Positions 1-12,460 of a stretch of DNA of 64,000 nt are shown here, piece by piece; positions within the stretch are counted from its first letter, which is position 1, and the number at the start of each line of letters is the position of its first letter. The translations under genes and the position numbers were made by a program. The notes below the pieces were generated by a model that worked only from the letters and a program-made list of their open reading frames with translations, searched no databases and was not told where the DNA came from. The DNA is taken from NCBI GenBank assembly GCA_016748015.1, contig JAAOMT010000697.1:887152-951151 (forward strand), read 5' to 3'. The DNA comes from Geosiphon pyriformis uo1. Its lineage: Eukaryota; Fungi; Glomeromycota.

Positions 1-514
1 GGTAATCATTATTTAAATCTTTTAAAATATTTGCCATATGGTCCTAATAACTCTGCTCTTCTTTGTTTATTTTGGAATGGGGATCATCCAAAAATTGATG
101 TCACATTTGATGTAGACGCATCTGCTGAAAAAATATTGATGGCACTTCCTAATGTATAATGATATAATAGATTGGTTGGTGATTTAATTTTGGTTTTCTT
201 CCAAGTGGGTGGTTGTATCTTTTTGGATGTTACTACTGATGTTTGCAATTTTTTTTTGTCTCTGTTTGCATAGGTAATAGGGAATTGTTGTTGGGTATAC
301 CTTTCAATGGTTTGATTGATTTCCCTGATAATTGGTGCAAAACTGTAGTTTCTTGGTAAGCTGATATGTTAAAACAATTCTGTATAGAAATTTTCTTTTG
401 TGGATTCAATGTTAACTGTTCCTCCTAAGCAGTCTGTGATTTTATTGTTGACATAAAAGTTAAAAACTGATTCTGCTGAGAAATGGTTATTGTTTAATTC
501 TAATTGTTGGCTGT

Positions 515-1457
515 TGTTACAGATGATTATTTGGGGTCTCAAATCAAATAACAAACTTATAACTTAGTGCTAGATTGATATTCTGGTGTTAATAATATTG
601 GTTTCTGAAGGTTAACTGTATCTGAAGATTTGGTTATCTGAAGGTTTTGGTTGAGTTTTTTGTATAATAGACAGAGATTCAATAGTTGTTTTAGTAGTCT
701 CCCAGAATTGCAATTCCATCAAATTTTTTTCTCAGCATGGTGGCCAGTAATCCTTCTGGTAAGCTATCCTTAAATCTATGAGTGTTCTACCCTTGTTTCA
801 TAAGTCTTTTACCAGTCCCTATGATATCTGTAACTTAGCACTTTAATTTTTAATCAATTAGTCAATCAAAAAAAATACAAAAGAAAAATAAAAGAAAATA
901 AAAGAAAAGAAATAAACAAAAGCAATTGCAAGTTAGTATTCCATCAATAGCCATAATTAAGAACTATTGTTCTAGTGTGGTTAAGTATCAATTACTATTA
1001 ACATAAAGTGTTGATAATAGAGAATGGATTGAAATAGTGAATAATTATTTATTAATATTCGTAAATGGAAGGTTGTTTAGATCAGATCTAAACTGGGAGA
1101 TCTTTAAATAAAAGATTCTAATAATTATGACTTGTGAGTCTAATTGACTCTGAGAGTTCTACTGACTTCCAGTCTTTCTGACTAATTTTCTAGCTTCTGA
1201 TACTACTGCTATATATACATAAATGAGATTTCTCAATTTCTCAATTCTTTACATCAGAAATCCTGAAATTTCTGAAATCCTGCAATTTTTGTTGAAAGGA
1301 ATTCTGGAATTTTGCAATTCCTTTATACGAGAATCCTGAAATTCCTGGAATTTTGTAATTCTTCTTGAGAAAAATCCTAGAATTCCACTTTTACTACATT
1401 TATTCTGATTGGCTAATTTATGTACTAATATTTAATTCCTATATTCTATGAGTAATA
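515..1457 (-). repeat. 3' LTR of element D
   Basis: Runs TGTTACAG...GAGTAATA, is a direct repeat of 2763-3671, and abuts a pyrimidine tract (PPT on - strand). Confidence 0.9.
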
Positions 1458-1475
1458 TTATTCCTTTCTTTAATA

Positions 1476-1970
1476 TTAAGCTCCTGTGAAATCTTCTAAA
1501 TCTCTCTTTTGTATCAATATTGTTGCTGTAATTTTTATTGCTATTTGTAAATTTAATTTTATACATGACTGGAGTTTTTTAACTATAGTGGTCTGTTCAA
1601 AATATTCATGTTCAAATCTTGCATCTGTATTATGTATATGTTTAGACATAATACCTTCATTATTATCACTAAATTTAGTTAATTTCTGCTCTATTGTAAG
1701 TTCTAAAAGCATAATATATTGTTTAGTGTTTGAAGCAGAGTTTGAATTGTTGTTGGTGGAGTTTAAATCATCATTGTTATTTAGTGAAGTTTGAATCATT
1801 GTCATCATTAGTGGAGTTTGAATTGGAATTAAGTTCCAATTCTGATTTTTGCTGATTGGCTCGTCTTCTTCAGAGTTCAAATATATGATGCATGAAAGTG
1901 GATTATAACTTAGGGCTGTCAGATAAGTTTTGATGATTTGTTGATCGATTTTGGTACTGCTGATTCTCAA
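1476..1970 (-). pseudogene. Diverged remnant of pol (acidic linker plus dUTPase N-terminus) fused to the pre-PPT end of ORF3
   Basis: YNPLSCIIY..EEDEPIS and QYIMLLELTIEQKLTKFSDNNEGIMSKHIHNTDARF match the linker/dUTPase start in B (ORF 26221-27807). It ends DFTGA, like the ORF3 end DFNGAQY. Confidence 0.75.
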
Positions 1971-2149
1971 ATTTTTTTTTCTTCTCTAAGTCTTTTTCGT
2001 ATTGACACTTTCCTAATGTTGACTTTTGACATGAAAAAAGGCAGTTTTTTTACAAGTAAGTATGAATCTAGGTAGTTTTTTCTGGAATTCTTCTACCAGG
2101 TCTTTAAATAATCAAAGTTTTGAATTTCTAGAGGTTTGACAGGTTTTAT

Positions 2150-2434
2150 CTGAGATAAGTTTTTTTGTCCAATAGTGGTGTTTGAAATTTATTAGATTTC
2201 GAATGTTTAGATTTTTGAATAATTCCTGGAGTTTGAATTTGCTAAAGATTTAATGAATTTTATTGATGGTAAGTTTCTTTGTACAATAACAGGGTTGGAA
2301 TTATCGAGTTTTGAATATTCAGGTTTTGAACTATTGAGTTAAAGTTTTAATGAGTTTTATCAAAAATAAGTTTTTTTATACAATAGTGGAGTTGGAATTA
2401 TCGGGTTTTGAATAAATGGAGTTTTAATTTAATA

Positions 2435-2482
<48 letters not shown>

Positions 2483-2560
2483 TTATCAATGGTAATTTTC
2501 AAATGTTCAGGGTTTTTAATGATTGGGTTTTAAATGATTGAAGTTTCAATTTAACAAGTT
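2150..2560. repeat. Degenerate ~100-bp tandem repeats inside D, including a T39 run (2437-2475)
   Basis: The unit ataagttt(t)n..caata..gttggaattatcg(a/g)gttttgaa recurs at ~2156, 2269, 2366 and 2431. Confidence 0.65.
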
Positions 2561-2762
2561 TTTTAAAGGTAATAGTAAAATAAAGATTTCATGAATCCTA
2601 AGTGATTTTCTCTTGATTTCTTTTGATCTGCCACTTTCTTGCATGGTTGTTGTTGGTACTGGTTCTCTGTTAGATTATACCTCACAGAAAGCACCAAATA
2701 TTACAGATGATTATTGCTGGTGCTGGTTCTCTGTAGGATTATACCTCACAGGAAGCACCAAA

Positions 2763-3671
2763 TGTTACAGATGATTATTTGGGATCTCAAATCAAATAAC
2801 AAATCTGTAATTTGGTGTTCAATTGATATAATAATTATTGGTAATATCTGAAGGTTGTTTGTCTGAAGGTTTTGGTTGAGTCTTTTGTATAATGAACAGA
2901 GATTCAATAGTTGTTTCAATAGCCTTCTGGAATCACAATTCTATCAAATTTTTTTCTCAGTGTGGTGGTCAGTAATCCTCTTGGTAAGCTATTCTCAAAT
3001 CTATGAGTGTTCTATCCTTGTTTTACAGGTTTTTTACCAGTTCTTATAACATTTATAACTCAGTGCTTTAATCCTTAATCAATTAGTCAACCAAAGAAAT
3101 ACAAAAAAAAATAAAAAAAAATAAAAGAAAAAAAACAAACAAAAGCAATTGCAAATTAGTATCTCATCAATAGCCATAATCAAGAGCTATTGTTCCAATG
3201 TGGTTAAGTATCAATTACTATCAACATGAAGTGTTGATAGTGGAAAGTGAATTGAGATAGTGAATAATTATTTATTAATATTCGTAAATGGAAGGTTGTT
3301 TAGATCAGATCTAAACTGGGAGATCTTTAACTAAAAGATTCTAATAATTATGACTTGTGAGTCTAATTGACTCTGAGAGTCCTACTGACTCCCAGTCTTT
3401 CTGACTAATTTTCTAGTTTCTGATACTACTGCTATATATACATAAATGAGATTTCTCAATTCCTCAATTCTTTACACCAGGAATTCTGTAATTCCTGTTG
3501 AGAAGAATTCTGGAATTCTAAAATCCTGTAATTCTTTTGTATGAAAATTCTGAGATTTCTGAAATCCTGCAATTTCTCTTAAGAGAAATCCTGAAATTCC
3601 ACTTTTACTACATTTATTCTGATTGGTTAATTTATGTACTAATATTTAATTCCTATATTCTATGAATAATA
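2763..3671 (-). repeat. 5' LTR of element D
   Basis: Direct repeat of 515-1457, adjacent to the PBS. Confidence 0.9.
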
Positions 3672-3800
3672 CTGTATTGTTGAAACAAAGATTTGGTGAA
3701 TCCTAAATGGTTTGCTCTATGATTTCTGATTCTGCCACTTTTGGATGATTGTTGTTGGTGCTGGTTCTCTGTAAAATTATACCTCACAGGAAGTACCAAA

Positions 3801-4579
3801 TGTTACAGATGATTATTTGGGGTCTCAAATCAAATAACAAATCCGTAACTTGGTACTCAATAGATATACTGATGTTAGTAATTTCTGAAGATGTGTTTTT
3901 CTGAAGGTTTTGGTTGAGTTTTTTGTATAATGAACAGAGATTTAATTGATAGTTTTATCCATAACTTCCCAAAACCACAGTTTTGTCAATTTCTTTCTCA
4001 GTGTGATGACCAGTAATCTTTTTGGTAAGATATTCTCAATTCTGAGTGTCTATCCTTATTTCTGGGTCTTTTATCAGTGCATTATTCTGATGTTAATACC
4101 TCCATGTGTAAATTCTTTTAATCAAGTTTAACAAACAACAAAAAAAATAAAGCAAAAAAAAAAATAAAGAAAATAAAAAACATAAACCAAGGCAATTTGC
4201 ACATTAGTATTCTATCAATAGCCATGATCAAAAACTATTGTTCCAGTGTGATTAAATATCAATTACTATCAACATAAAATGTTGATAGTAGAGAGTGAAT
4301 TGAGATAGTAAATAATTATTTATTAATATTTGTGAATGGAAGGTTGCTTAGATTAAATCTAAATTGAGAGATCTGTTTTTTTTACTTCTAACACTATTAA
4401 TATATATATATAATTGAGATTTCTCAATTTCTCAGTTCTTTACACCAAGAATCCTACAATTCCTTTGAAAAGAATTCTGAAATTTCTTTAAGAGAAATCC
4501 TGGAATTCCACATTTACTATGGCTATTTTTGATTGGCTAATTTATATGCTAATATACTTCTTATATTCTATAAGTAACA
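3801..4579 (-). repeat. 5' LTR of gypsy E
   Basis: TGTTACAG...AAGTAACA termini, family LTR homology, adjacent PBS. Confidence 0.9.
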
Positions 4580-5090
4580 ATGTTATCATTATTAATATTA
4601 TCCAAAAAATTAATTTTTTTCAATGATGTATTTAAAGCCTTTTTTATTACTAATCTTAAACTTTTTGGCATTTGGTTGAAATTACCTTTATTGAACACAT
4701 TCCTCTCCCTATAATCTATATTGGTTTTTTCTATTAAACACTTTTTTCCATATCTATACTATCAAATTTGGTAATATTTCCAGTTTCAGACTCTCAAGAA
4801 CCACCAACTGCTTTTTTAGACAAAACTATTTTACAAGCAGCACTATTTTTTAGAACACCTTCTTTTTTCTTTTTTCTAGAAACAATATTCTTGCCAACAA
4901 TATTAGCACCAAAGTCTTTAACAGACTTTTTTATCACAGCAATACTATAGCCAATGGTGGCCTTATAATCAAACAAAAAATGTTTGAATTTATTGTACTG
5001 AATTGTAAAAAAAACTTCTTTCAAAAAACTTTTGATTCTTTTTTGGAAATTTGAGATGAAGAAGAGAAAGAAGTTTTTTTTTGTTTTTTG
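4580..5090 (-). mobile_element. LINE-F: 5' UTR and ORF1 start of a non-LTR retrotransposon (remainder lies beyond gypsy E, outside the window)
   Basis: Co-linear with the 5' end of LINE-2 (~42130-42630), e.g. ccaatggtggccttataatcaa and tttattgtactgaattgtaaaaa. Confidence 0.8.
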
Positions 5091-6222
5091 GTATTGCTTT
5101 TAATAATATTTAAAAAACAATTTTTAATTGTTAAAATTTTTTGAATAATATTATTAATAAAAATTTAAATTATTAATTAACTAAATTTATTTTTATGATT
5201 TTTATTATTAATTAATATATATTATTATTTTAAATTATTAATTATTATTTTATTAAATTATTAAATATTATTATTAAATTTATATAATACACAAGTATAA
5301 TTAATTGTAATAATTAGATTATACAATATTTTAAATTATATAATATTTAAAAATTTATTAAAATATTTAATAATTTAATAAAATATACCAAAATAATTTA
5401 TAACTTATTAAAATATTAACAAAAAAAAATGCTATATTATAAAATAATATTATAATAAATTGTATAAAAAAAAAAAGTTTTTTTTTTGAAAAAATACATT
5501 TTATCTTTTTTTTTTTATTAATACTTTATGAATAAAGTCTAAACACTACCTAATATAATACATCAAATAAATAATCTAAACTAGGCATGAATCATGCTTT
5601 TTTTACACGTGACCAGCCACTCAGACTGATCAGAACAACACTAAACAACTATGTAAACAGAAATATTATTATCAATACTTGAAAAGAAAGAATATAATTT
5701 ACAAAAACCAAAGTGAACACCAAAAGCATCAGCAATACCAAACAACCTAATAATACCAGCAAACAACCCCAATGACATCATAGAAATTGAAATAGGAATC
5801 AAATCATCAAGTAGAATTAGTCTGTTTTTTCCATAAAAGCATAATGTTTAGTATAAACTAACCAAATACAATCCTTGAAAGTGAGACTAAAAGCACACAC
5901 AAAATCTACAATCCTTTAACTTGCAACTTTGGAATCATAAAAGATGAACACAGCCTTTTGGAACCAATTTTTAAAAACAAAACCTTTACAAAGAACCGTA
6001 AATACAGAGACATTAGAAACACAAGATGACAAAAGCTAAAACATACAAGAAAAGAAACAAGAGAGACCAGAAATCAGCTCTCAGAAAGCTGCATGGATAT
6101 TTAACAACTAACAACAGATAGAAAGGTTAATTTTGCAAGAAAAAACATGATTCAAAACCTTTACATTACCACAGAACAAACACAATACACTAGAGTAATG
6201 TCTAAAGTAGAGACACTTCCAA

Positions 6223-7148
6223 TATTACAGGTGATTCTTTGGGATGTTGAGTGAATAATACCCGTAACTTGGTGTGCATAGTGATTGGTGATGATAATAA
6301 TCTGAAGGTATTTTATCTGAAGGTTTTCCAATCAAGTTCTTTGTATAATAGACAGAAATTCAATAGTAACAGTTTATTAGTAGTTTCCTGAAGCTGTAGT
6401 TTTGTTGATTGCTTGCTCAGCTTGATGGTTAATGATTCTCTTGGTACAATATCCTCTGTAAATGTATACCAGTACTGTTTCCTGATGTCAGTTCCTCCGT
6501 AAGTCCTTCAAGAGTAAGTATTGTTTAAGCAAGTTTATTTCTCTGTAAGTTCTCCAAAAGTAAGTATTTTTTAAGTAAGTTTTATTCTTCCATAAGTCCT
6601 TTAAGAGTAAATCCTTTAATCAAGTTAATAGACAACAAAGAAATAAAGAAAGATAAAAGAGAAAATAAGAAATAAGCCAAGGCAATTTGCAAGTTTAGTA
6701 TCCTGTCAATAGCTATGATTAAGAGCTATTGTTCAAGTATGGTTAAGTATCAGTTACTATCAACATGAAGTGTTGATAGTGAAAAATAAATTTGATATAG
6801 TGAATAATTATTTATTTTGAGAATTGTGGTAACTAAGCTAAGGATTCTTGATATCAATTCTTTTTTTTCTGCTTCTAACACTACTGCTATATATACATAT
6901 TTGAGATTCTTCAATTTCTCAATTCCTTGTGACAGAAATCCTGGAATTCCTGGAATTCTGCGATTCCTGATGAGAGGAATCCTGGAATTCTGGAATCCTG
7001 CAATTCCTTGTTGGAGAATTCTGAAATTTCTGGAATCCTGCAATTTTTCTAAAAGGAATCTTGGAATTCCACATTTACTATGTCTACATCTGATTGGCTA
7101 ATATCTACTAACTAATAATACTATATTTCCTATATTCTATGAGTAATA
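6223..7148 (-). repeat. 3' LTR of gypsy C
   Basis: Direct repeat of 35688-36574, which has a 39-bp deletion. Contains ~47-bp tandem repeats at ~6492-6612. Confidence 0.92.
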
Positions 7149-7161
7149 TTATTTTCTTTTT

Positions 7162-7820
7162 TTAATATTAAGCTCCATTGAAATCTAATTCCTTTAATTC
7201 CCCTTCTTGAATTATTTCTTGAACTTCTTTTTCGAGTATTATTTGTGTTATTTTAGTTTGTAGTTCTTCAAATTGGGCATTGATCATTTTTCCCAATTGA
7301 TTACTTGTAACTGTATTCATTGCTGTATTGAGTAAGATTTCTGGTTGGTCTTAAAATTCCATATATAGCCGATAAATGGCTTGAGCTTGTGTGGTTAGAT
7401 TGTTTTTTCCCACAAATTGTTCTAGTTGTCTCAGTATTATTGTGTCGAATAACCATTTTGTTTTGTCAGTGTACAAATTCTAGATATTTATGTGTTGTTC
7501 CAAGTAAAATGACAATAGTTTTTTGGAAATTGTTGTGTCCACCAAGTCCAAGTTTTTCTGGTAAATTCTTGGTGTAGTCTGACTATTTGTTGTTTCTTTA
7601 TGGCCAATTTTACCTTAGTCATGATCTTGTCAACAACATTTTTGAGTTTTCTCTGTACCTTGTGTTGTGGTATCTTTGCCATAATTTTGTAACAAATAAT
7701 TTGTTAATTAATTGTAATTTTCATTTCCTGGTGTTGGATTAATTGAAAAATTTGTTGGGCTAGTGAATGGATATTGTCTGTAATTTCTATTTTTTTAATC
7801 TCTTCTGTCGTGTTAACCAT
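7162..7820 (-). pseudogene. ORF3 of gypsy C (~219 aa, unknown function)
   Basis: ATG at 7820, TAA at 7162. Homologous to B 30480-31139 (WTWWTQQFPKNYC). Confidence 0.8.
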
Positions 7821-7843
7821 GTTCTTATATATTTTTTTGTCAA

Positions 7844-9225
7844 TCAATTAGATGTGTTGTTGTTGTTGATAATAATTGGTTCCAGATCTCATGGAATCTC
7901 ATCTGGTTGAACTAGTATTCTCTGTATTCCCAGTTGTGGAATATTACTGGTAGATAATGATGCTATATGGTAATATAGTTTTAGTCGATCTCCATGTGCT
8001 GCTTTGGTCAAGATTTTGTTATTCAATCTTAATTTGTAAGTTCCATTTTCTAGAATTTTTTCTATGTGAAATGGTTCATTTTATTTGGGGTCAAATTTTC
8101 CACTCCATTGTTTTTCTACTCTGATACGATGTAGTAGTACTTTGTTTCCAATCTTGAATTCAATTGGTTTATCTGGTAGTTGGTTATCATGTCTTTCTTT
8201 TTGTTTTTCTTGTGACCTTTGTATGTTATCAGCTGTTCTTTGTCATTTGTTTTCTAGTGTTTCTATTAAGTCATATGTTTTTCTCAACAATGTGTTTTTG
8301 AAATTTTCTTCTGTTATTGGTTTGATTAGGTATGTGCTGACTTCTATTTCCACTGATAGTGTTGTTGTTCTACTATATACTAATTCAAATGGTGTTGCTT
8401 ATATAGTATCTTGCTTTATTGTCTGATAAGCAAATAGTATTGATGTATCAACAAATCCCAATTGTTCTGGTTTTCTTGGCTGAGCTTAGCTATTGTTTCA
8501 CACAATATTCTGTTGAATCTTTCGACTAATTTGTTGGTTTGTGGATGGTATGGTGATGATAGTAGTCTCTTAATTCCGAATCTTTGGCTCAATTCTGTTA
8601 ATGTTCTGTTCACAAAATGAGTTCCTTGGTCTGATAATAATTCTTTTGGACATCCATGTTAACAAATTAAATCTTAATGAACAAATTTGACAATGGATTC
8701 TACATCCGCTTTTTGAATTGCTTTTGTCTCTGGCCATTTAGTGAGATAGTCTATGGCTACTGTTATGTACTTGTTTCCTCCACTGGTGATTGTTAATGGT
8801 CTGACTAAATCAATTCCAATACAGTCAAATGGTTGTCCCATTTTGATTGGTCTTAATAGTTCATTGGGTTTCATATCTCCTCTTCACTAACAAGCATCAC
8901 AATTTTAAGCATATTGGATAATGTTTGGATACATTGATGGTCAATAGTATCTTTTTCTAGTTCTTTCCATGGTTGCTTCTTTGTGAAAGTGTCCTGCTGT
9001 TGGATTTAAGTATATATTGAATAATATTGTCTCTTTTTTTGGCTCTGTAATTACTCTGGTTGGTTGCTCTAGATCTCTTTTATTTTTTTGATAAAGTATA
9101 TTTTGGTAAGTGATAAAATATTTTGATTGTTGTTTGATATTCTTTCATTCCATTTGAGATAAATTCTCCTTGAACTGTTGAGTGTTTATATAATGTTGCA
9201 GTTGTTGATATTTTTGTATGTTCAT
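7844..9225 (-). pseudogene. Stand-alone integrase ORF of gypsy C
   Basis: HHCC zinc finger, GIDLV, DYLTKWPE and SSPYHPQTN..VERFNR core; own ATG at 9225. Confidence 0.9.
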
Positions 9226-9287
9226 CTTTTGTTATATTTTTTGTTGGTATTGTTCTGGTTTTGTTATATTTTTGGGTTGAAATGTTC

Positions 9288-12200
9288 TTAAATTTGTCTT
9301 ATTCATGACAAACCGTCTGCATTTCCATTGTCTTTTTCTTTTTTATAATGTATAGTATAATTATATGGTGTGAGTGCCATTTTCTATCTTGACTATCTTC
9401 CATCTCCAAATTCTTGTTTTTGAAATAATGTTAATCTTTTGTGATTTGTGTATACTTCAAACTTCTGGCTTAAGTATTTTTTCCATTTCATAACTGCCCA
9501 GTATATTGCTAAGTGTTCTTGTTCCAGTGTTTCATAGTTCTTTTCAGCTGGTGTTAAATCTTTACTGGCATATGCTACTGAATGTTCTCTGCTGTTTGGT
9601 TCTCTCTAAGATAGTACTGCTCCCAATGCTTGGCTGAATGGATCGGTAGTGATGATGAATGGTTTGCTGTGATTTGGATAGATTAGTACTGGAGCTTGAA
9701 TGAGCTTTCTTTTCAGAGTATCAAAAGCTTTTTGTTGACTTTCTGTCCATTCATATTTTGTATTCTTGGTTTGCAGTTGGTTGAGTGGCCACACTATTTT
9801 GGAAAAGTTTTTGATAAAACATTGATAATAGCTGACAAATCCCAAGAATGATTTCAGTTCTGTCATATTGGTCAGCACTAAAAAGTTCTTTACTATCTCT
9901 ATTTTCTCTGGATCTGTTTTGATGCCGTCTTTGCTGACTATGTGTTCCAAAAATTTTAGTTTTGTCTTGCCGAAGAAGCACTTTGTTGTATTTAACTTTA
10001 GTCCTGCTCTTCTTAATCTTTTGAACACTTGTTGAAGATGATGAAGATAATTATCAAATGTTTTTGAGAATACATTGGTGTCATCCAAGTATACTACTAC
10101 TGATTTCCACAATAAGCCAGTATAAATAATTTCCATTAGCCATTGGAAAGTTGCTGGGGCATTGGTTAAGCCAAATAGCATTACTTCAAATTCGAAATTC
10201 CCTTCTCTTGTGGTGAATGTCATTTTCTCTTTGTCGGCTGGATCCATAGCTACTTGCCAATAACCACTGTCCAGGTCTAATGTTGAAAACCATTTGTTTC
10301 CACCAAAAGCGTTGAATAATTCTTGAATCCATGGAGTGGAGTAGCTATCTTTACGAGTTACTCTATTGAGTTTTCTATAATTTACACAAAAGCGGATTTT
10401 TTTATTCTTTTTCCGGACAAGTACCATTGGTGATAACCATGGGCTCATTGATGGTTGAATTAGTCCATTGTTAAGCATTCAGTTTATCTCTTGACGGATA
10501 ATCTCGTGGCTAACTGGTAGTACTTTGTATGCTTTTTGTTTAATTGGCATTGCATCTCCAGTCTTGATCTGATGCTAGATGATATCAGTTCGGCCAAACT
10601 TGTTTTTGCTGGCAAAAATGTTGTTAAAATTGTTGAGCAACATCTTAAGTTGCATACGTTGGAGTAGATCTAAGTTTTTCATGTTCATTTGTTCCAATTG
10701 TTCTGGTTGGAGCAAATAACATTCACTTTGTTCATATATCATTTGTAATGTAATATCGACATATCCACAAAGCTGTGGAAAGTCCGGAATGGTGCTTGGT
10801 GGTTGATCTTCTATTTCAGTGCTTAAGTATTCAATGGTAGTTCTGGCTGGTATTACTATGACATTTCCTGTATTATTGTAGATGGGAATTTTAATGTGGC
10901 TGTAATCTTTGGCTGGTATATGGAGATTGATGAATCCAATCTCTCCTGATTCACAAAGAGTTGGTTCTGCTTCAAAAATCTGATTCTGTTCTTTTACCTC
11001 CTGCTTTATTCCTATTATGTATTGGCCATATGGTAGAATGAAAATTGTTTGACCTATTGAGATAATTTCCTCTTGGTCAACAATTTTTTCTTCTGCCATA
11101 TTGACTGGTACATCTACTCTATTGGTCAATCTGAATCCCTGTATTCCTCTTGCTTTTATTTCTAATTTTTTCCTCTTTCTCACTAATATTAACTGAGCTA
11201 CTCTAACCAGAGGCAGAAATATTGCCTGTACTATCTTTTCATTGAACTTTATTATATAGGCTTTTTCTGAGTCATTTGTAGTATAGCGATGATATTTCCT
11301 ATATATTCCATATCAATTATTCCTCCTCTTATATTAATCCCTTTTTTCGCTAAACTACTCCTAGATGCTAATTGAACCATTGTTGTTGCTGGAATTTCCA
11401 GTGCTATTTTCAAATCAATGCAGGTGTGTGAATGTGGCTCCAATTTGATGGCATTTTTTTCTGGATATCTCAAATCAAATCCAGCATCAGTATTATGCAC
11501 GCATTCTGGCATAATACCTTCATTATTATTACTAAACTATTTAAATTCCTGTTCCTTGGTGAGGTCAGGAAGTGCAATATATTGTTCATAGTTTGGATTG
11601 GAGTTTAAATCTAAGTTGGAATTATTGTTATTGGTCTTGCCATATTGGACAGAACTGGAACCAGTGTTTTCATTGTCATCATTATCGGAGTTTGAATTGG
11701 AATTAAAAATTGATTCTGATTCTGATGCATAGCTGCTGATTGGTTTTTCTTCCTCTAAGATCATGTAGATCATGTGTGGTGGTGGATTGTAGATGAAGTC
11801 ACACTCATTACAATACTAAAAGTCACATGGGATTAAGCAATGTTGACATAATCGAGTGTTCAACTGCTCTAAACATTGTTCTTGTTCTTTCTTAGTAGAT
11901 GCCAAATGCTGGTAATGTTTATGAAATTCTTTAGAGTTGTCTTCAATGTTGCCAAAGACATCAAAAGTTTGAACGTATTCAGGTTTAGAAAGAGATAAAG
12001 GATTATTTTTAATCTTTAGTAGTTCGCTGGTTGTTGCGCTTTCTGCTTTTGCATATGCTATTCTCCATAGTTCATTTTTGTTGTGGAGATATTCTTCCAA
12101 TTGTCACAATGCTTGTTTCCAGGCATTGTCGATTGGTGTTCCTTTGCTTACCCAATCATTTATCAGTATGGTGTACTGATATGTCTCATCACATGTTCCT

Positions 12201-12460
12201 CCACATTTAGGAATGTCACTCCACATTCCTTCATCTGGTAGGATAGTTCCACATGTGAGACATAATTGGTTATCCCACTTTTCTTGTTATTTTGGTCGTC
12301 CAAAGCACTTTATGACACATGGGTGGCAGTAAAATCTTGTGGCCATGGAGTATTTCTCATCATTGCCACAGCATGCGCCCATTGATAACAATTTCTTGCC
12401 ACAATTGACACATTCCAATTTTGGTCGACAATAATTGGTTGGTGGTAATAAAGTGTACAT
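9288..12460 (-). pseudogene. pol: pol of gypsy C: Cys-rich module, dUTPase, RT, RNase H
   Basis: ORFs 11252-11512 (AGFDL, ASRSS, GGIID) and 9606-10478 (LDLDSGYWQ, FGLTNAPATF, YLDD). Confidence 0.92.

Larger units (their letters stand above)
515..3671 (-). mobile_element. Non-autonomous LTR element D (two LTRs, PBS, PPT, ~1.3 kb internal region without capsid/RT/IN)
   Basis: LTRs at 515-1457 and 2763-3671, with 4-bp TSD CTGT (511-514 / 3672-3675). Removing D rejoins the gag of E. PPT at ~1458-1472; PBS duplicated at 2680-2696 and 2744-2760. Confidence 0.9.
1..4579 (-). mobile_element. Ty3/gypsy LTR retrotransposon copy E (5' part only: 5' LTR, PBS, start of gag), interrupted by element D, inserted in LINE-F ORF1
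   Basis: LTR 3801-4579 with TGTTA...TAACA ends and PBS at 3782-3798. The gag N-terminus at 3738-3676 and 514-1 is homologous to B 22844-23410. The right flank continues into LINE ORF1. Confidence 0.9.

Noticed and set aside
2437-2475. T39 as the tail of an inserted SINE or retrocopy
   Set aside because: It sits at the position of shorter T-runs in neighbouring repeat units and has no TSD; a homopolymer expansion or sequencing artefact.
6750-7101. Recurrent 94-97 aa ORFs on both strands of the LTRs (also 13002-13286, 33202-33486, 36291-36527)
   Set aside because: They are translations of the 9-bp-period U3 array, mostly with TTG/GTG starts. The antisense ORF is not open in B, D, E or G, so recurrence reflects LTR duplication.
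8085-8426. Short antisense ORFs over IN/RT/LINE ORFs (e.g. 14328-14612, 19060-19341, 45575-45823)
   Set aside because: Shadow ORFs of biased coding strands with no motifs.
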